NCBI RefSeq assembly: GCF_000143415.4
Contig: NW_003314394.1
Span: 103,867 to 115,628, forward strand
Direction: 5' to 3'
Source: Selaginella moellendorffii
Taxonomy: Eukaryota; Plantae; Lycopodiophyta
DNA length: 11,762 bases
Shown: positions 1-9,951 of the stretch, one piece after another
Numbering within the stretch: the first letter of the stretch is position 1
Layout of the letters: each line of letters begins with the position of its first letter
The notes under the pieces: generated by a model
The model's database searches: none
What the model was told of the DNA's origin: nothing
Seen by the model: the letters and a program-made list of their open reading frames with translations, nothing else
Translations under genes and position numbers: made by a program

Positions 1-1335
1 TCAAATCCAGACTCACCAGAACAACAACTTCACCAACAAAGTCTACAACTTCAAATGGCAATCATCAACCCAGCGACAGCCATAAGGAACATGATTTCCT
101 ATCCCATTTTACTGGTGGAAAAACTGAAGATGCAAATCAGCATCTTAAACAATTTGATCAAATTGTAAAGATGAACAAAGATGAAATGCATCGAGAAATA
201 CTTTTCCCATACACACTTAAAGGAAAAGCACTCAATTGGCATAATACACTCGATAATGCTTTGACCCATGATGGAAAGGTCACACAATTCAAGGAGCAAT
301 TCTAGACTGGTGGAACTCCAGAAGAACACTATGAGATCATCAAAAACTTCAAGTAAAAACCACGTGAAGGAATTCAAGATTACACTCGAAGATTTAAGTT
401 TCATGCAAAGCGTTGCAAGGATTTGATAACAGATAAAGGAAAGAGCTTATCCTATATCCAAGGACTAAAAGAAATCTATAGAAACATGGTAGCAATTGCT
501 GCTGAAACAGAGAATCCAGATGATGAAAGTGTTGATACACTCTCCAAAGAAATCCTCACATTGGAAAAACGATTCAAGCAATTCACAAAAGCTATACCTT
601 CACAAACCAATGACGGTTCAGATGATGAAGAAGAGGAAGAAATATACATTAAGACAAAGAAGAAAACACCAAAAAACCAAGACTTGAAGGATATAATCAG
701 GAAAATCTCATAAACCGAACTCAAAACAGGGGTGTGGTGTACAAAGTGTAAAAACGAGGGACATACATATTCGGAATGCAAATTTTAGCTTCCAAAGTGT
801 CAAATTTGTGAAAGAGAAAGCCATACAGCCAAGAAATGCCGATACAGGAATACAATGGAAGTTTCAAGAATTGAGAATGCTCCTCGTCAAGAGCCCAATC
901 CTCAATATCAAGGAAACTGGAATCAAAATGCACGACAACCACGAAATCAACCTCCAAGATATAACAATTATTATCAACGTGATGATAATTTGTATAATCA
1001 AAGACAAAACTATTACCATCGAGACAATAGCAACTACAATAGAATACCCCCTCAAGATCAAAGACCAAATAATTATACTGGAAATTATGGAAGAAACTAC
1101 AATACATATTAGCAGCGTGATGGACCTCATGATAACTATCAACGTCCTCCCCCACGAAATTACAATTATGATCAAGAACCATATCGGAATTATAATCAAA
1201 GACCACCCCAGGCTCAAGGTTACCAGCAACCTGCACCGCAGCAAGATAATCGTCCTTGACAACCTTACCAAAATGCAAATCTCGAAAATAACCAAGGAGT
1301 AAACAATCAGGCTCCAAGGCCAAGACCACCAGTAA
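1..1335 (+). pseudogene. gag: Gag (capsid plus nucleocapsid) of element 1, inactivated
   Basis: Read-through gives FTGGKTEDANQHLKQF, LFPYTLKGKALNW and the major-homology-like *KPREGIQDYTRRF (TAA at 354 replaces the conserved Q). One-base frameshift near 106-110. Stops at 303, 354, 711, 786, 1110 and 1257. Confidence 0.9.
738..839 (+). other. Two tandem CCHC zinc knuckles (CX2CX4HX4C) of Gag
   Basis: 738-779 CTKCKNEGHTYSEC and 798-839 CQICERESHTAKKC, in the gag frame and separated by KF*LPK. Confidence 0.93.
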
Positions 1336-1814
1336 CACGGAATATTAAGGTGGAAATTGACGAATCACAAACTTTTGAAGAACTAGCAATACAAACTATC
1401 ACGCGACAACAATACAAGTATCAGCAACCAGATAATCTGGAAAAAAAAGATTACAATGATGAAGTTGAAATTATCCCAGAAACTGAATGGAAGAAAAGCA
1501 AGAAAATACTTCAAGCAATTCAAGCTGAATTACAAGAACAAGAACCACAGGTCATCGAAGACCATGACAAATAATCAAATGAACAAGAAACAACAAGTTT
1601 TTCTCAAGAAGAGCACACCTCACTTGCAGAACAAATATTGCAACATAGAATCACATTAACCTTACAAAAAATACTTCAAATAGCACCATATCTTAAGAGC
1701 TAAATACTTAAGATTTGTTGTCCACAAATTCCTGATGCTCACACTCAAGAAAAGCAATTTCCATGTAAATCTGAGAAAGAGGATAAAGTAAAAATCCAAC
1801 TTAGAGATTATGAT

Positions 1815-2150
1815 GATAATGTACCTTGTATTGACCTCCACATAGGCAAGAATCAAATCACTAGAGCAATACTTGATGGAGGCTCAGGCGTGAATATAAT
1901 CGAGCATGGTATATGTAAAGAAATGGGACTTGGACCCATACAACCTGCTCCCTTCAATGTCTGTATGGCAGACCAACATGTTGGCAGACCAACATGTTGT
2001 AAGACCAGCGAGATATCACCATTGGAATCAAAGGACACAAGTTCAAGATCAACTTCGTGGTATTAAAAATGCCAATTGAAGAATCATCTTACGAACTCTT
2101 GCTTGGAAGACCATGGCTAAACAAAGCAGTTTATGCTCAATATTGGATGG
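1815..2150 (+). pseudogene. pol: Aspartic protease of element 1, frameshifted
   Basis: AILDGGSGVNII (Asp codon 1875-1877), then MADQ, and after the frameshift FKINFVVLKM...YELLLGRPWL. The first half is in the same frame as gag. Confidence 0.9.
1966..1997 (+). repeat. Exact 16-bp tandem duplication (TGGCAGACCAACATGT x2) disrupting the protease
   Basis: 1966-1981 is identical to 1982-1997. Confidence 0.95.
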
Positions 2151-2689
2151 ACTATGAAATTTGTATACAATCAGACAAAGGACAAATGAAAATAGCTACA
2201 ACTACAACCAGGAAAATTCCAAAAAGATTTCAACCAATTCAAGCCCAAGAATACAATTGGCAAGAAGGCTTGGACAACCTTGAAGAAGCCAAACTCCTTG
2301 AAGCTTACCCAGAGCTACGAGCTTTTCAAGAAATTGATTTACACCATGTACTACCAGTAGTGGATCAAGACCAGCACCACAACTTAAACTCGATGGACCA
2401 ACCACTCTACTTTACAAAGCTACACGCTTAAAGTCAACAAAGATTAAAGATAAAACAACAAAACAAGAAGCCAACTCTCAAGCCTGAACAATTACAATCT
2501 AAAGAATACAACATTCAGATCGATGATAATCCAGCCCTACAATCCCGAAATGACAACTCTACACCCTGAATTAACCTTAATGAAGAAACTGAAGAACTCA
2601 ATCTCGGACTTCAAGAAGATCCACACAACATAATCATCGCTGCAAATCTTGACAAAAACTTCAAGATAAAAGCTCAACAATTACTCATA

Positions 2690-3660
2690 ACCTACAAGAA
2701 CGTTTTCACATGGTCATACAAAGATCTCAAGGGAATACCACCGGAACTATGTACTCATCACATAGAGTTACTACTAGGAACTCGACCAATTAAGCAAACA
2801 GCTTATCGCATGAACCAAAACTTCACTGATAAAGTCAAAACAAAACTCAACAAACTATAAAATGCTGGATTCATTTACCCCATCAAGAATGCACAATGGT
2901 TGTCACCATTGGTTATCGTCCCAAAGAAGAACGGCAAATTGCGAATTTGTGTCAATTACAAAAAGTTGAATGATGTGACGGAAAAAGACTCTTTTCCCAT
3001 CCCATTCTCAAACGAGATACTCGACGCAGTTGCAAGACATGAGATTTATTCATTCCTCAACGGATTTTCGGGATATAATCAAGTTCACATAGCGCCAGAT
3101 CAATACAAGACTACCTTCATAAGTCCATGGGGCGCATATGCATACTCCAGAATGCCATTCGGATTAACAAATGCACCATTTACTTTTCAAAGGATAATTA
3201 CTGACACGTTTCAAGAATACTTGACTGATTTTATGCGCGTCTTCATGGATGACTTCAGTGTTTTTGGAGCAAAAGATAAACACCTTGAACACTTAGAAAA
3301 GTGTCTCATTAAATGTCAATAAAACCAAGTTGCACTTAATCTAGAAAAGTGTATTTTCTTTGTCAAATCAGGAATACTCCTTGGCCGTGTCATTTGTGAA
3401 GATGGAATTCTCATTGACAAAGCAAAAACAAAGGTCATCGTCAAAATGACTCCACCCATGGATTTAATGAGTTTGAGAAGATTTCTCAAAAAAATGGGTT
3501 ACCATAGACGTTTTATTCAAGACTATGCAAAGATTGCTGAGCCGCTCACGAAGCTACTTAAGAAATCTCAGGTTTACGCATGGATACAAGATTGCCAACT
3601 GGCCTTTGACACACTTAAGGATAAGCTTACAAAAGCCCCCATACTAGTTCAACTAGACTG
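2690..3660 (+). pseudogene. pol: Reverse transcriptase of element 1, inactivated
   Basis: VFTWSYKDLKGIPPE, WLSPLVIVPKKNGKLRICVNYKKLN, FLNGFSGYNQ (catalytic D changed to N), MPFGLTNAP and FMDD at 3242-3253. Stops at 2858 and 3320. Confidence 0.96.
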
Positions 3661-3670
3661 GACACAAAAA

Positions 3671-4033
3671 TTCATTGTACAAGTAGATGCATTTGATTAT
3701 GCACTTGGAGCTATACTTTGCCAGAGAAAAATTGATAATAGAGACCATCTAATATACTACGCAAGCCGCAAACTCTCCCCACCATAGATGAACTATACAA
3801 CCACGGAAAAAAAGGCATTAGGAATGGTCTATGCACTCACCAAATTTTGACATTACCTCCTTTCAAACAATGTCAAGATCATGGTTGATCACCAAGCACT
3901 CTTACACTTACTCAACAAGACAATACTCACTGGAAGAATCGCGAAATGGTTTCTTCTACTTCAAGAATTCAACTTTGAGATTATTCACAAGCCAGGTAAA
4001 CAACATACACAAGCTGATCATCTTAGTCGACTT
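3671..4033 (+). pseudogene. pol: RNase H of element 1, inactivated
   Basis: VQVDAFDYALGAILCQ, IYYASRKL, NYTTTEKKAL, KF*HYLL, VDHQAL, WFLLLQEF, ADHLSRL. Stops at 3785 and 3848. Confidence 0.94.
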
Positions 4034-4199
4034 ACCACAGGGGAACAAGTCACAAAAACCAACAATGACTTACCTGATTCACACCTTTTTAAGATCACAA
4101 CTCAAGGAATGCTCCAGGATATTTACAAATTCTTGATGACAACCAAGATCCCAAATCACTACTTCACAAACGATCAAAGGAAACAATTCGTCTTGAGGA

Positions 4200-5352
4200 C
4201 ACGACGATATTCAGTTATGGGAGGCAAACTATATAAGCTTGGACACGACAACATCTTAAGAAGATGCATAGAATCACAAGAAGAGATTAAGGATCTACTC
4301 GATGAAGCTCATGCAGGACAATTAGGAGGTCATTTTGCCAAAGAAATTACGGCCAGGAAAGTGTTACAAGCTGGATTATGGTGGCCGACACTCTGGAAAG
4401 ATACCACTCAGCATTATCAAGAATGTGACATATGTCAAAGAACGAAGTTTCCACCAAGGAAACAAACTCAGGAACTCAATCCGACAACAGCATTGGAACC
4501 CTTCCAGCGTTGGGGACTTGATTTTGTCGGACCTATAGCAAAAAGTAGCAAAGGAAATCAATACATTTTGGTCACTACCGACTATATGATAAAATGGGCA
4601 GAAGCTCTCGCACAAGCCATAGCGAAAAATATAGCCAAGTTTCTCTATGAAACAATTATAACACGATATGGATTACTGCGAGAAATTGTTACAGATCGAG
4701 GAACACATTTTCTGAATGAGACCATCGACATTCTTGTTAAAGAATTTATCATCAACCATAAGAAGTCAACACTATATGACCCCCAGGGTAATGGACAAGC
4801 AGAATCAACAAAAAAAACGCTTAAAAACATACTCAAGAAAATAGTCAAGACAAAACTTAAGGATTGGGATGAAAGAATTTATGATGCTCTTTGGGCTTAC
4901 AAAACAACCTACAAAGGTTCAAAAATTCTACACCTTTCAAGCTTGCTTATGGCCTTGAAGTGTTAACACCACTAGAGTACACAGTACCATCCTTGAGAAT
5001 GGCCATTGAACTTGAAATTAATCAAGAAAAATCGATCAAGAAAAGACTCGTGATGCTTGAGAAACTCGATGAAGAAAGACTAAATGCAATATGGGCAATC
5101 GAAGCAATACAGGCTAGAAGAAAAGCTTATCACGATTGCAAACAAGTCAAGAAAAACAAAGCGCATTACAAAGTAGGAGATCTTGTATTATGGTATCGTG
5201 GCAATATGGATAAACTTGGAGGAAAACTTGTTCATCAATGGGAAGGACCATTCAAGATTACGAGTATACAAATCCTAGGAACAGCAAAACTTGCAACTTT
5301 AGATGATGAAAAATTACAAGTAGTTAACTTGAACAAATTGAAGATTTACAAG
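4200..5352 (+). pseudogene. pol: Integrase of element 1 (HHCC, DD35E, GPF), frameshifted near 4916
   Basis: H4310/H4331/C4424/C4433; D4520 (WGLDFVGP), D4694 (IVTDRGTHF), E4802 (GQAES) with D-X35-E spacing; WEGPFKI at 5239-5259; VNLNKLKIY terminus. Confidence 0.96.
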
Positions 5353-5808
5353 CAACCACAAGTGCTTCACACTATGGTGGAATACCAAAAATTTCAAGAG
5401 AAAATGCTCAGAGAAATCAACGAAAACACATTTGAATGCATGCAAACACTTAGAGAAAATTTGCCTCAACAAGAATGGGACCTAACCCTAATCTTGGCGG
5501 TTGAGAGAAGAAAAGAGTTCCAGGTGACAGTGCATGAGGAAAAAGCGAGCCCACCAAAGGCAAACAGTGATCAAGGCTGCAGCGATTCTTGGTCTGGTGA
5601 AAGTGTAGCTTCAATAAGGACTAGAGTTGGGTCAAGGGCTCCATGCTGTCCACAGGAAGAGGAGGAACCACATGAAGGAATGGCTACCCACGATGCAGCG
5701 ATGGAGCAGTGACTGCGGGACGCAGCACAAGGTAGTCGTGGGAGAGTGGAGAAAGAGGAAAAAAATCAAGCTCAAAAGTTCAGGCTTAGGAACACAAACT
5801 TGAGAGGT

Positions 5809-5838
5809 TCAAGGTTAGGATTGTATTCCTAACCTTGA
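5809..5838. repeat. Perfect 12-bp inverted repeat with 6-nt loop
   Basis: TCAAGGTTAGGA (5809-5820), TTGTAT, TCCTAACCTTGA (5827-5838). Confidence 0.9.
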
Positions 5839-6198
5839 TGTGAGCAGTAGCGATTATAAAAGTAGGACTTAGAATGTTTTTAGACTTATCCCTAATACAA
5901 AATACATTGCAATACTTCGTCATTCTGCCTATCTCTTTAGCTCTTCACAGTAATGTTTTACTTACCCACTGCCTTCAAGAGATCAAAGGCATGGGATTAG
6001 CACCTTCAAGCTCGTGTTCACAATCTCTACTTGGTTTGGCACAGGCAGGTAAGTGCATTCTTCACATAGTGTAGTTTTAGATCTAGGGATTAGATTAGAA
6101 TTGAAACTTCTAGGAAGATCTCATGTGGACGTTTCCCTCCCAATTTAGAGATTCTAGGAGTTTTCAGTTACCAAAATGACTAAGGACAACCAATTTAC

Positions 6199-6227
6199 CA
6201 ACAGCCTTATCAACAGTCTTATCAACA
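6199..6227 (+). repeat. 12-bp tandem repeat, about 2.4 copies
   Basis: CAACAGCCTTAT CAACAGTCTTAT CAACA. Confidence 0.8.
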
Positions 6228-6409
6228 AGAGGCCACCACCACAACAAAACAACTAGACAATATAAATCATTTTAATAATCTAATTATTAATAGCAACCAC
6301 ACAACCACCTTGAGCATCAGTAGGTAGTTGTAATTAATTCATAATTAAGAAAAAACTTAAATTAATTAAGAATAAACTTACTTTTAACTTAATTGTCAGA
6401 AAAGATCCT

Positions 6410-7290
6410 TGTCCATTAAGGCACTTCCCAGCACAATGGGCACAAGAAAAACCAACTACAATTCACTTGGCAATGATGGCAGCCTTGCATGCAGACCAAC
6501 ATTTTTGCGAGTTGTATCAACTAGCTTGTTTACCCAGCACCCGATTGGAGGGACTGAGGGAGCAATCACCAATTCCCACAAATGTTCCACCACCATTGAG
6601 GGAGAGGAAGCAATGGCAGGACATGACACAAGAGTGGGCAAAGCAAATAGAAGATGTGAAGCAAGGCAAATGCTTTGATTGTGGTGAATGGTGGAACCAT
6701 AGCCAGCACCTAGTTTGTCCAATGTGAAAGTTGAAGGCTGGGATGAAGGGTAAGGTGGCTATGGTCTGTTTATAGGAGACACTAGATGGCTCATACCTCC
6801 CTATGGACATGGAGCAAATTAAAGATGTTCCTAAGTTTTTCGTGTCGGAATGATCTTTTAGCGAGCAGGAGTTGGCAGAAGATCAAGAGGGGGAAGCCAA
6901 GGCTTCCATCTCTTCGCAAGCCTTCCTAGGAGCAGAGGGGCTGCAGTGCTTCCATTTACAAGGGTCAGTGAAAGGATGAGTGGCTTTTGGCTTGGTTGAT
7001 TTGGGTGCTTCTCATACCTTTATCAACAAGTGTTCACTTTCTCACTTCAAGTTGATCTGTAGCAATCCTCAACTCCTCTAGCAGTAGAGATCACTAATGG
7101 TGGATTGGAGAGGGTTACAGAGGAAGTTGAATGCTCTTTTAAGGTGGTGGGAAGTCCAAGGACCATTCTACATCATGGAGATGGGAGTAGTGGACGTGGT
7201 CATTGGCATTCAAACCATCCAGCAACTTGAGACATTAACATGAATTTTCTAGAGCAATGACTTTTTTTATGCATGAGGGTGGAATGATTG
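6410..7290 (+). pseudogene. Gag C-terminus and protease of element 2
   Basis: KPTTIHLAMMAA; knuckle GKCFDCGEWWNHSQHLVC (6665-6718, CX2CX8HX2C); ISSQAFLG...LQGSVKG*VAFGLVDLGASHTFI (Asp at 6998, DSG changed to DLG by TCG to TTG); later DVVIGIQ after a frameshift. Confidence 0.85.
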
Positions 7291-7681
7291 GGGATCTATC
7301 CCAAACAGCGGTTCACTGAAGCCTTGTCTACACAATGTATCCAATTGGTTGGGAGAGGAGCAAGCCTTTTCTGCTAGCTCATCCATAGGAAGGATGGTGT
7401 GTACTAATGAGTTCAATCCGTAAATGTACTTACAACAAGAGTATGAACAGCTGGAGCAGAAGTGTGCAACAGTGACAAGACAACCCTTGCTAGTGGGTCA
7501 GATAGAGCTTGATGCATATGAACAAATAGAAGTAGGTTTGTATCCCCAGTTAGCTACTTCATATAGGGAACAAGCTATGCAAGATATTGATGCCAGTGGA
7601 CATGTAAGTGGTTCTTCAAAACTATTGGTTGGTGTTCTAATATAGGTTCTCACAACAGTCAGTGAGAAGACAGGCAATGAG

Positions 7682-7794
7682 CATGCCATTGAGCTAGAAT
7701 TGGGATCTCAATTGAGAAACATTCCAGCTTATTGGATTACTAAGGATGAGCGAGATGCAATAGATGCTTTGGTGGATGGGCTGTTGATGCAAGA
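7682..7794 (+). pseudogene. pol: RT N-terminal fragment of element 2
   Basis: HAIELELGSQLRNIPAYWITKDERDAIDALVDGLLMQ matches the gypsy pattern H.I.L..G..P.N..PYR......EI...V.EML. Confidence 0.8.
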
Positions 7795-7905
7795 GTAGAG
7801 ATTATTTTGGATAGGGATTCTAAGTTTGTTAGCAACTTTTGGTGAGAGATGTTCTGACTCTTGGGAGTAAAGCTGAATGACTCCACTGCATACCACCCAC
7901 AAACT
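7795..7905 (+). pseudogene. pol: Integrase core fragment of element 2
   Basis: VEIILDRDSKFVSNFW*EMF*LLGVKLNDSTAYHPQT matches IVSDRD.KF.S.FW.ELF.L.G.KL..STAYHPQT. Confidence 0.9.
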
Positions 7906-7907
7906 AC

Positions 7908-8101
7908 TATCTACTGGTACCTACTGTGGAGATCAATCTTGGTGAAGAATGTTGGCCCCCCTCCCCAAGCTCATCAAGTAACTTGTCATAATCTTGTTGA
8001 GAGCTCTATAGTTGTAGTTGACATAGAGTTGCCAACTCCCATCCTTCTTGAGCACTAGAAGAACTGGAGTAGTGATCGGACTAACACTCAACTTTACCAT
8101 G
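7908..8101 (-). pseudogene. pol: Inverted RT middle fragment of element 2
   Basis: MVKLSVSPITTPVLLVLKKDGSWQLYVNYNYRALNKI, then after an internal deletion LLDELG...FFTKIDLHSRYQ*I. Confidence 0.9.
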
Positions 8102-8990
8102 TTGTAGTGTATGAAATTGAACAACTTTAGTGAAGAACACATCTGCCACCTGTTTTGCCAAGCTTGTTGTTGATAGCGGAACAAACCTTGCCACCTTAGT
8201 AAAATGTTCTACCACCATGAAGACTGTATCACAGCCCCAAAAAAGAGGGAGTCCAACCATAAAGTCCATAGTAATACTTGTGAATGGACCAATGGCAACA
8301 AGTAATGGTTGGAGGAGGCTTGGTGCTACCACTGTTTCAGATTTTATCACCTGGCATGTGGTGCATGTGTGAGCCCATTATTTGACTTCATGAGACATCC
8401 CCTCCAATAGAATTGTAGTTTTAATGTGGCCAAGGTTCCTGAAACCCTTGTATATCCAGCCAACACACCACTATGACATTCAGTAAAGAGTTATTGGTGC
8501 ATATCACCCTTGCTGTTAAAGATGATGCTACCTTTCCTCTAGAACAACCCATCAATTAGCATGAGCTTCAAGTGATAACTTCCAGCCTCAAGTTCCTAGA
8601 GAATTGGTCCCAATTTCTCATCCTCCTGATATTGACAAGTAATCTCTTCTGTATAAACTGGAATCATCTTGGAAATCCCTACAAATGCCTTGCCTTTTGG
8701 TTTGGCAAACTACTGTGAGAGAGCTTCAAGCAACGTGTTGGTTTATACTCTATTATGAAATCCAATGCCTAAAGCTCTTCTATCCATCGCCTTTGTTCCT
8801 TGCTGAGTTGGTGTTGATCAAGCAAAAATTTGATGCTATAGTGGTCTGTTCTCAACCAGAAATGGTATAAAGACAAGTAATGACACCATTTCCTGATTGC
8901 ATTCAGGATGCCCAACAACTCCTACTCATAGATGGGGAGTTTAGATTTGGCCTTGGAAAATTGCTGACTGTAAAAGGCAATGATCCCCTG
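8102..8990 (-). pseudogene. pol: Inverted RNase H plus integrase N-terminal half of element 2
   Basis: Minus strand reads IAFYSQQF...IYE*ELLGILNAIRKWCHYL...TDHYSIKFLL...QRRWIEEL*ALDFIIEYKP, then ECHSGVLAGY...FYW...CTTCQVIK, LLQPL, ITMDFMVGLP (Asp 8264-8266), VVEHFTKVARFVPL, VVQFHTLQ. Confidence 0.92.
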
Positions 8991-9951
8991 GCTCTATAGT
9001 GGTACCTTTAGGTGTTGGTCATAGGATTGAATATATAGAGCACTTAGACCAAGTACAAAGGCTAAGTGGCATAAATGCCATTTTTGGGGCTAGCATGTCC
9101 CTAAGTCAGGAATAAGACTTATGAAGGTCATGAGTGAGATTCCTTTAGATGGTCAAAGGTGTGGTTAAGTGATTAATGTAGAATGAAAAATTTAGTCATT
9201 TACAACTTGGTATTGAAACTGTTCCTTAGTTTGACTCTTATTGGTGGTTAAGTATATCACCACTGGTATTGGCATGGGAAAGTCCCAAATGTGGGTATAT
9301 CCTTGAGGATTAACACGTTGAGAGGGCATGACTCTCCACCTTAATTCATACATGAATATGTTGGCAATGTGGTAGATAGAAAGGGGCCAATAAGAGAATG
9401 ATTTTGGGATCTTAGAAACAGTAGAAAGTTAACTTTTCAAAACTATTTATTAGAATAAAGAGGTTAGGTATATCCTTCTGGGGGGACAAACTACTTATGT
9501 TGAGATATAATAAGTCAATGTTGTAAAGGGAAATGCTCATTGTCAAAGGCCATCCTTAACCTCTAAGGTTATGAAGACGGGAGAAGTTCGTTTATCCAAA
9601 TTGGACAAAGCTAAAAGGGATTTTGGTATGGCTAGTAATGGGTATAAAGAAGCTCATATGTAGCAACATTAATCCTGGTGTGTGGGATTATACAGTGAGC
9701 ATATCTAGATTAAAGAACCACTCCCTAAGTTATTAAGTAGGTTTATCTTTAAGAATACTTATTAAGGCATGGTAGAAAGAGGAAGGCGTAAGGCTGAAAG
9801 CAAGTAGTAAAAGGATAAAACTGAACTATAAAAATCAAAGGGTATAACTAATAGTGGTTATGAAAGTGTAAGGAACCAACTCCCCATGGTGTCGTAAGCT
9901 AAATAGATCCCTGAAAGCATGACCGAAATGATAAAGAGTCATCAGATGGGA

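Larger units (their letters stand above)
1..5352 (+). mobile_element. Degenerate Ty3/gypsy LTR retrotransposon internal region (element 1), non-chromovirus type (Athila/Phygy/Selgy-like); 5' end outside the window
   Basis: Domain order GAG-PR-RT-RH-INT (gypsy order) recovered by reading through stops and three frameshifts (~108, ~1966-2010, ~4916). No chromodomain after the GPF motif and no extra archaeal-type RNase H seen, which argues against chromovirus and Tat/Ogre. The lineage call is inference. Confidence 0.96.
5525..6398 (+). mobile_element. Candidate 3' LTR of element 1
   Basis: Starts TGACAGT and ends ATTGTCA (6/7 terminal inverted match). A 15-nt purine tract (5503-5517) lies 7 nt upstream, with TATAAAA at 5855 and AATAAA at 6371 inside. 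Gag-like sequence of element 2 begins right after. No second LTR copy in the window to confirm it. Confidence 0.3.
6399..8990. mobile_element. Heavily degraded and internally rearranged Ty3/gypsy relic (element 2), chromovirus/Reina-like
   Basis: Gag knuckle, protease, RT, RNase H and integrase fragments on both strands. Motifs (KKDGSW, TKIDL, ITMDFMVGLP, DRDSKF, STAYHPQT) are chromovirus-type and differ from element 1. Confidence 0.9.

Noticed and set aside
721-1338. Long overlapping ORFs 721-1338(-), 808-1302(+) and 864-1295(-)
   Set aside because: Shadow frames of the low-complexity N/Q/Y-rich gag tract. The true frame is the stop-interrupted one carrying the CCHC knuckles.
5481-5491. CCTAACCCTAA telomere or telo-box-like motif
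   Set aside because: Under two units; not significant on its own.
5740-5765. Purine-rich tract as polypurine tract
   Set aside because: Not followed by a TG LTR start, so it cannot be assigned.
5353-6074. env-like gene or chromodomain downstream of integrase, including ORF 5874-6074
   Set aside because: No recognisable motifs or convincing transmembrane segment, and the ORFs are short.
9200-9280. TGGTAT motifs as tRNA-Met primer binding site
   Set aside because: Only 6 nt match TGGTATCAGAGC and they do not follow a supported LTR end.
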